Below, piece after piece: positions 25,820-31,528 of a DNA stretch of 31,528 nt. The notes below the pieces were generated by a model, which did not search any database, was not told where the DNA came from, and was given only the letters and a program-made list of their open reading frames with translations. Position 1 is the stretch's first letter. Every line of letters starts with the position of its first letter. This DNA comes from a virus (taxonomy: Duplodnaviria > Caudoviricetes). The DNA is taken from the IMG/VR virus record IMGVR_UViG_3300030095_002114, positions 1-31,528 of that record, one strand, 5' to 3'. The translations under genes were made by a program, and so were the position numbers.

Positions 25820-26179
25820 TTACTTAAATATACACAATTTTGGAGAGCGTTCCAAGTTTCTTACTAAACGAGAATTAGCCCCTAGTTTTATATATAGGTG
25901 TTCAATTATATTTTCAGGCTTTGCAGTAGGTCCACAGGTATAAAAATCCATTGCACAGTACTCATGTTCTGGCCAGGTATGCATTGAAGCGTGTGATTCT
26001 GCTAACAAAGCTAATAAAGTAACCCCTTGAGGTTCGAACTTATTACTTGTAACCTTTAACACCGTTGCATTACATAGAGTCAATGAATTTTCGAAGATAG
26101 TTTTTAACCCTTCTAGATCATCTAATAACGCAGAGTTGCACCCGTAAAGGTCAATAATTAAATGTTGTCCCAATTGCAT
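25820..26179 (-). CDS. speD: S-adenosylmethionine decarboxylase proenzyme (short prokaryotic type)
   Basis: GQHLIIDLYGC, FEPQGVT, LLAESHASMHTWPE (E-S cleavage site) and DFYTCG. Confidence 0.95.
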   Translation of the reverse strand: MQLGQHLIIDLYGCNSALLDDLEGLKTIFENSLTLCNATVLKVTSNKFEPQGVTLLALLAESHASMHTWPEHEYCAMDFYTCGPTAKPENIIEHLYIKLGANSRLVRNLERSPKLCIFK

Positions 26180-26182
26180 GGT

Positions 26183-28768
26183 CTAAGGGGAGTTTAATAT
26201 ACTTCCGTATTGTTCTTTCCACTCTTCTTTATTTAAACCAACTTCAATAATTGAAGGGTAGGTGAGATACTTTTGATCTGATGTTCTACACGCAAGGTTC
26301 ACTACTCTTACTCCACGACGTTCTTTCATCTTATAAACATTTAAACCTAACTGGTGGACACATACGTCTATTAATAATGTTTCAAATCTACTTCTACCTA
26401 AGATGTTGCTGTTAGAAGCCTTGGAGAACTCGCAGTAACTTGCATATAACCATTTATCTGAAGCCATATAAACGATTGAAGATCCAGCTGGGGCAGCCTT
26501 TGCCAGTCCTATAGATGCAGAAGCATTCTCATCAAATACTAAACAGTGCTCCATCCAATCCATTATCTGATTAGATTTAAGTATCTGTTCTCTATTATGC
26601 TTCGCAAAGAAATCGACCTTCTTTGTAGTCTCCATCAAGTATTCTCTCATCTCTTGTGCAGGCATATCTAACACCCAGTTAACTAGACCAGACAACATGG
26701 ATGAGAAGTCCCCAAAGGGGCGTCCTCGGTCGTCCATGTCTATAAGGGTTCGTTGGTCTGCAGACTTGCCTAGGAAGGGCTTATCGAAGGGTATGGTGAG
26801 ACGTCTACGAGCTAACCCAGAGGTAGGATCAGTAGTCTGAATTGGCTCATTTGCCGTGATCATAACCAGACCATTGAATTTAAAAGGTTTCTGTGATCCT
26901 GACTGAAATTTTCTTTCATGTCTTATTAAATCTCTACCTGTTATTGCCTTCAGTACAGATACAGAACCACCATATCTCTCTACATCATTGAATAGTAATA
27001 ACTTTTTCTTATATAAGTTAGCGGTTTCAAAACGATTCTTCTCCAAATGCTCTAATGAGGAGATCATTGCGTTGTCATCTCCTACCAGTGCATGAGCTAA
27101 GTTAGCGTAAGTAGACTTCCCTGACTTTCCTGGACCTACTATTTCAACAAATTTCTGTACGTCTGAATGACTTAGGAGCACCGCTCGCAGCCATGCTCTG
27201 AGCACTTGCACTCTGTCCCAGTTTCCATCTTGGACTTTTTTAAGCCATTTGATGATGGGTTCACAGGTAGCTTCCGGTGAGTAGTTATATGGCAGTTGCT
27301 GGGTGAAGTGCATTCCTCTATCGAATGGGAGGAGTTCTTTTGATTCGATGCAGAGTATTCCATTTTTAAATAATAAGTGTCTGTTGTCTTCATACCATTC
27401 GTCAAATATCTCAGAGATTCTAAGTTGCTCTACTACATCATTTACGAGATTCATACTATAACCACTAGGTAATAGATGATCTTTCACCACATCTAATCTA
27501 TGTTTCACTTCTCCCTTCATCTCTATGTCAGATAAGGCAGACCATAACCCTTTACTTTTATATTCATATATAAAGAAACAGTTCTGTTGCTGGCTGTACT
27601 TTAAATTACCTTTATATGTCTGTAATAGTATTTGAGAGATTACATCGGAGGAGGGATTCCTAGGTTTCTGATCTCTTCCTCTTGGAGATAAGGGAGCTGC
27701 AGCCATCTCTAGTTTGGGCATCATAGTAGTAGCTGTAAGTTTAACTTTTTTCTTAGGTGTGTTTACTTTTCCTTGCATTTCTCTTAAACGTTTTTCGTCC
27801 TCTTCTAATTGTGCATCATCAACATTCATACTCTTATAGCTTTCTGAAGGCTTCCAACCATTCTCCTTGGCTATATGTATAAGTGAACCTATACCACGAC
27901 CTCCTCCTTTACTGAAGGAGAACCATCTTTTCTGGCAATCACCTTTACGATACTTGTCAGATTGTTGTGACCATTTATCCCACTCATCTAATAGTGAGTC
28001 ATCTAAAGAATGTAATGATTGACCGACCGTAATCCAGATATCGTAATCATCAGTAGCCCCTGGAGGCAATGCCCACATAGCTTCTGTCGCCAACTGTATA
28101 TCACGTTCTAAATTTACTCTGGCGTTCAGAGCAAATCCAGGACCGACGATACGAGTATGTTGATTAGAAGGTACACCTTGTTTAGCATTCTTGTTTATGA
28201 TTGCATTCATCAACCAATCAGGCATATCTGGCAATTTATCTACATACTCAAACCCTTGATCTTTGGCTGTGTAATAACCTTGAGTATCAGGATGTAAGCC
28301 CATCAATACGCCCTGATGCTTACTCCATAAGATTTCTAGCTTTTCTTTAGGTGCTTCCGCATGCCAAGTGTACTTATTACGTATGAAATGTTTATGTTGT
28401 TCTCTTTTTAACTTATATAGTTTACGTTCTCTACCTTCCTTACCACTACATATAGTAAGAGTACTAGGTAAAGCTTCAGCTATAGAGTCACCACACAGTT
28501 CTTCTATGGCTTTATATACAGTAGGTCCATCAATATCCACCCAGACTAAACCATAAGGATGATTGTAGACAGGACCACCTAGTAAACCTACGGCTTTACA
28601 TTCTCCAGTGGTCAGCTCGTCTTCGATATCCCTTACGCTGAATGGCTGGTTCTGCCATCCTTTGACATAAGGATCTTTATTTTTCCCTAAAGGGGTCAGT
28701 GGCCAATCAAGGGGTATCCATGAGAGATTAAATTGACCTGGTTTGAGTTCTTTTTTACTTTCTGTCAT
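26183..28768 (-). CDS. Primase-helicase: bifunctional Prim-Pol + PriCT-2 + D5-like SF3 helicase
   Basis: WPLTPLG..K.P...GWQ and VDID; YDIWITVGQSLH...WDKWSQQSDKY (PriCT-2); FKNGIL; Walker A GPGKSGKST; LKAITGRD; ITANE; LARRRL. Confidence 0.93.
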   Translation of the reverse strand: MTESKKELKPGQFNLSWIPLDWPLTPLGKNKDPYVKGWQNQPFSVRDIEDELTTGECKAVGLLGGPVYNHPYGLVWVDIDGPTVYKAIEELCGDSIAEALPSTLTICSGKEGRERKLYKLKREQHKHFIRNKYTWHAEAPKEKLEILWSKHQGVLMGLHPDTQGYYTAKDQGFEYVDKLPDMPDWLMNAIINKNAKQGVPSNQHTRIVGPGFALNARVNLERDIQLATEAMWALPPGATDDYDIWITVGQSLHSLDDSLLDEWDKWSQQSDKYRKGDCQKRWFSFSKGGGRGIGSLIHIAKENGWKPSESYKSMNVDDAQLEEDEKRLREMQGKVNTPKKKVKLTATTMMPKLEMAAAPLSPRGRDQKPRNPSSDVISQILLQTYKGNLKYSQQQNCFFIYEYKSKGLWSALSDIEMKGEVKHRLDVVKDHLLPSGYSMNLVNDVVEQLRISEIFDEWYEDNRHLLFKNGILCIESKELLPFDRGMHFTQQLPYNYSPEATCEPIIKWLKKVQDGNWDRVQVLRAWLRAVLLSHSDVQKFVEIVGPGKSGKSTYANLAHALVGDDNAMISSLEHLEKNRFETANLYKKKLLLFNDVERYGGSVSVLKAITGRDLIRHERKFQSGSQKPFKFNGLVMITANEPIQTTDPTSGLARRRLTIPFDKPFLGKSADQRTLIDMDDRGRPFGDFSSMLSGLVNWVLDMPAQEMREYLMETTKKVDFFAKHNREQILKSNQIMDWMEHCLVFDENASASIGLAKAAPAGSSIVYMASDKWLYASYCEFSKASNSNILGRSRFETLLIDVCVHQLGLNVYKMKERRGVRVVNLACRTSDQKYLTYPSIIEVGLNKEEWKEQYGSILNSP

Positions 28769-28935
28769 CTGACAATCCTTGCATCAAAATGCTTGTTTGG
28801 AAATTTTTCTTTTACTATACCAAAAGCGTGTAGGTGCATTTCAGTGGGAAGACAAAAACAATCTCCATCAGACGCTTCTATCATGCGTTCTTGAAGAGTT
28901 TTCATCCACTCACCGATAGAAATTCGGATGTCCAT
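28765..28935 (-). CDS. 56-aa hypothetical protein (MDIRISIGEWMKTLQERM...HFDARIVR)
   Basis: Translated by hand; its stop overlaps the primase start as ATGA. Confidence 0.7.
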   Translation of the reverse strand: MDIRISIGEWMKTLQERMIEASDGDCFCLPTEMHLHAFGIVKEKFPNKHFDARIVR

Positions 28936-29019
28936 CGATAATTATTTCTCTGTGTATTTATAATCCTATCTCTTCCTATTCAAGAAAACAATGTTATTTT
29001 TCTTGCAAAATATTAAGAA

Positions 29020-29265
29020 TTAATCTTCAGAATCTTTTAACCATTTAGCCTTCAAACTTATCTCACCGCCTAGCTTTGCAGCTTCTGAATCTGGGTCATC
29101 ATGTGGTTTCTCTTCAAAGATTGGCTCAAAACTTTCTTTTAATTCTTTATCAAACTTAATTTTATATTTCTTCTCTATTTTATCTAATCTAGCCTGTAAT
29201 TTAGCTTCAAACCATACTTTTTTAAGCCAAGATATCAGCTCTGTTATTAACTTTCTGAGTAACAT
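29020..29265 (-). CDS. Hypothetical protein (81 aa)
   Basis: Track ORF overlapping the exonuclease stop; co-oriented. Confidence 0.6.
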   Translation of the reverse strand: MLLRKLITELISWLKKVWFEAKLQARLDKIEKKYKIKFDKELKESFEPIFEEKPHDDPDSEAAKLGGEISLKAKWLKDSED

Positions 29266-30056
29266 TCTTCTATTTGTTTATAATATTCTTCAACAATTTT
29301 ATACCAATCCTGCCTTAAGGAATTAAGGAACCCTCTTGATATTTTAAATAACTGAGTACGTTCTGGAGTTGATACTAATACAGCTGCTTGTTGTACTTTC
29401 ATTCCTAAAGTTTGTTCTATCGCAATGTCATATGCTGCAAGCTGTTTGCATGTTTTTTTAAACTTCATATAACCGCCTAATAAGTTTCTCCATTCTTGAG
29501 TACCTTTTTCGTAATCTTTCGGCCATCTACGACTGTAAGGTTTGACACTAGTTTTTAAATCAGCAAGAGTTAATTTATTATTTACTACTGCAATTATGTC
29601 AGGAGCACCTGCCCATGCTCTTCCTTGGTTATCTGATCCCCATACCCGTGCTATATCATCACAACCTACTGTGAATTTAAATTTATCCAACACAGGTGAC
29701 TCAGCCCATAGTACTTCAGTGAACTGATCTAATATCTTTGGTAAACCTGACCAGAAGTTTCCGTACTCTTCAGCTATCTCAGGCTCCTTATTTCCTTTTA
29801 GATATTGTTCCATTCCATAATGTATTGCTGTTCCTCTTTCTGCTGCCTTTTCTTTTACCCCTGGATTATTCTTAGACCACATTTCTAATTTCTTTTTATT
29901 CTGTTCTGATGCTGTCTCTGAAATTATTGTAGTTACTGAAGGTGCAGGCCCTGAGGAGAGTGGCGTCGTATAATGTCTTTTACCATTCAATGTAATCCTT
30001 ACTGGATTCTTGTTAATTTCTTCGAGAGAATTAACGTCTAAATTGTTATTTAGCAT
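29247..30056 (-). CDS. PD-(D/E)xK exonuclease (phage exonuclease / Cas4-like superfamily)
   Basis: PSVTTII, AAERGTAIH, AES, WAGAPDI, LADLKTS and QLAAY motifs. Confidence 0.88.
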   Translation of the reverse strand: MLNNNLDVNSLEEINKNPVRITLNGKRHYTTPLSSGPAPSVTTIISETASEQNKKKLEMWSKNNPGVKEKAAERGTAIHYGMEQYLKGNKEPEIAEEYGNFWSGLPKILDQFTEVLWAESPVLDKFKFTVGCDDIARVWGSDNQGRAWAGAPDIIAVVNNKLTLADLKTSVKPYSRRWPKDYEKGTQEWRNLLGGYMKFKKTCKQLAAYDIAIEQTLGMKVQQAAVLVSTPERTQLFKISRGFLNSLRQDWYKIVEEYYKQIEECYSES

Positions 30057-30165
30057 TAAATGTTTATTGCCTATTTATAATTTATCAGAATAATTACAAA
30101 AAAGGTAATATTTTTTGCGGTTAATTTGAGTTATTGATATGCTTTAATTAAATGCTACTTGTAAG

Positions 30166-30318
30166 ATGCCATCTACTAAAGTCCGCTTTTATTATGGTGA
30201 ACAAACTGGAGAGAGATTTAAAGGTTTTGCTTATGATGATTTTCCTTCTGAAAAAGCAGATGATCATGAGTTAACTTTAAAGAAAGAGAACATAGATTAC
30301 GTGAGGATTGAGTTATGA
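30166..30318 (+). CDS. 50-aa hypothetical protein (MPSTKVRFYYGEQ...DYVRIEL)
   Basis: Translated by hand; its stop overlaps the next start as ATGA. Confidence 0.65.
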   Translation: MPSTKVRFYYGEQTGERFKGFAYDDFPSEKADDHELTLKKENIDYVRIEL

Positions 30319-30953
30319 AACTTAAGCAGCATGATAAGTTAAAAGAAACAAATAAGGGTAGTAATAATTGGAATGATTATTATGAAGAAGTTAAACCTTT
30401 ATTAGGACTTAGAGAGATAGGTTTTACAAAAATGTTTGACTATTTAAATAGAATAAAAGATCCTGTAATCATAGAGACAGGAACGGTTCGTGAAGATTAT
30501 AATTTTGAAGGTGATGGTTGTTCTACTGTTTTATTTGATAACTATGTAGGTGCAAAAGGAGGGACATTAATAACAGTAGATATTGACCCTGCAGCATGTA
30601 AGAATGCAGAGATTGTAACTACTAACGCAGAGGTGGTTGAAAGTGATTCTGTGGAGTTCCTAGCGACCTTAGAAGGTCATGTTGATCTTTTGTATTTAGA
30701 CTCGTTTAATATATACAATTGGTTAGACGATTGGGAGGCATGTGGACATCATTTAAAAGAATTATTTGCTGCAAAAAATGTTATTAAAGAAGGAACATTA
30801 ATAGTAGTTGATGATAATTTACACATGCAAAATGTTGAAGCTAACAAAAAATTTGGTAAAGGACGTATGATTCATGAATTAATGAATTCGATAGGTATTC
30901 CTCTTTATATAGACGGATATCATATGGGCTGGGTATGGGAGGAGGTAGTGTAA
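30315..30953 (+). CDS. Class I SAM-dependent methyltransferase (Methyltransf_24-like)
   Basis: IIETGT, ITVDID, SDSVEFL, VDLLYLDS and GTLIVVDD motifs. Confidence 0.8.
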   Translation: MKLKQHDKLKETNKGSNNWNDYYEEVKPLLGLREIGFTKMFDYLNRIKDPVIIETGTVREDYNFEGDGCSTVLFDNYVGAKGGTLITVDIDPAACKNAEIVTTNAEVVESDSVEFLATLEGHVDLLYLDSFNIYNWLDDWEACGHHLKELFAAKNVIKEGTLIVVDDNLHMQNVEANKKFGKGRMIHELMNSIGIPLYIDGYHMGWVWEEVV

Positions 30954-31528
30954 TGACTACATTAGTTGCTAATTTACCACCTACAAAAGTCTGGGTAAGA
31001 CGTGAATATCTCAGAGATTTAAGAGATGGACACGGAGAATATACTCTTGGGTACTGGGTTACATGTAAGTCTCTTACAGGTAGAGCATTATATTTTGAAA
31101 CCTATCTCACGGAGTATGGGGCGTTGTATGACAAGTTACCTATCAGTGCATTTCTTTCCTGGGACCCTGATCATCCACATGAACCTGAACCTCCAAAACC
31201 TGATTTACCTTTAACAGATTTACAATTCTGGAATGGATTTGATACTGGCCTAACAGTTGTAGAGAAGAATCTCATATTCAATATGGAGTTCGAAGTTATG
31301 ACTAGAACGCAGGGAATAATGAAAGGTACTTATCTATTTACTATTGATAATTATCATGCACATAGAAATGAACCAGATTTTTATTTTGCTGAATCTCCTG
31401 ATGAACATAAGTCTCATAATATTATTGAGCTAGATAACGGACAGATATGTGCCTATCCAAATAACCGTTGTCGTATGACTGATCCTTCATTGACTAATCA
31501 TGATCTGAAAACTCCTGACTTCAAAGTA
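30953..31528 (+). CDS. Conserved marine-phage hypothetical protein, 3' truncated
   Basis: Open frame to the window end: MTTLVANLPPTKVWVRREYL...YGALYDKLPISAF...EHKSHNIIELDNGQICAYPNNR; coupled to the upstream stop as TAATG; absent from the track because it has no stop. Confidence 0.85.
   Translation, partial: MTTLVANLPPTKVWVRREYLRDLRDGHGEYTLGYWVTCKSLTGRALYFETYLTEYGALYDKLPISAFLSWDPDHPHEPEPPKPDLPLTDLQFWNGFDTGLTVVEKNLIFNMEFEVMTRTQGIMKGTYLFTIDNYHAHRNEPDFYFAESPDEHKSHNIIELDNGQICAYPNNRCRMTDPSLTNHDLKTPDFKV

Noticed and set aside
29247-30056. CRISPR-associated Cas4
   Set aside because: No four-Cys Fe-S cluster pattern, no array and no other cas genes; better treated as a generic phage PD-(D/E)xK exonuclease.
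3726-31214. Short antisense or alternate-frame track ORFs inside long genes (e.g. 3726..3908, 11754..12155, 16884..17333, 24773..25066, 27172..27405, 31026..31214)
   Set aside because: They are nested in well-supported genes and show no recognisable motifs; most likely shadow frames.
13714-31528. Diversity-generating retroelement or invertase shufflon acting on the tail fibre
   Set aside because: No reverse transcriptase, recombinase or adenine-specific TR/VR pair was seen in the window.

Overview
Marine cyanophage DNA in two parts of apparently different origin. The left part (1-17475, + strand) is a T7-like cyanopodovirus late region, probably infecting Prochlorococcus. It holds the 3' end of psbA, a glutamine-riboswitch-like (Downstream-peptide) RNA with its short YRGxxY peptide ORF, a hairpin-rich capsid leader, the major capsid gene and terminator, tail tubular proteins A/B, three internal virion proteins, and a repeat-rich tail fibre ending in an intramolecular chaperone. 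The right part (about 17500-31528, mostly - strand) is not T7-like. It holds a cassette of secreted/membrane proteins, a cytidylyltransferase, a cupin, a glycosyltransferase, a methyltransferase, speD, a tiny CP12-like ORF, two degenerate HNH-type genes, a Prim-Pol/PriCT-2/D5 SF3 primase-helicase and a PD-(D/E)xK exonuclease. No terminase follows the tail fibre, so the window is either a hybrid phage or an assembly chimera. All calls come from motif recognition by eye; no database searches were run.
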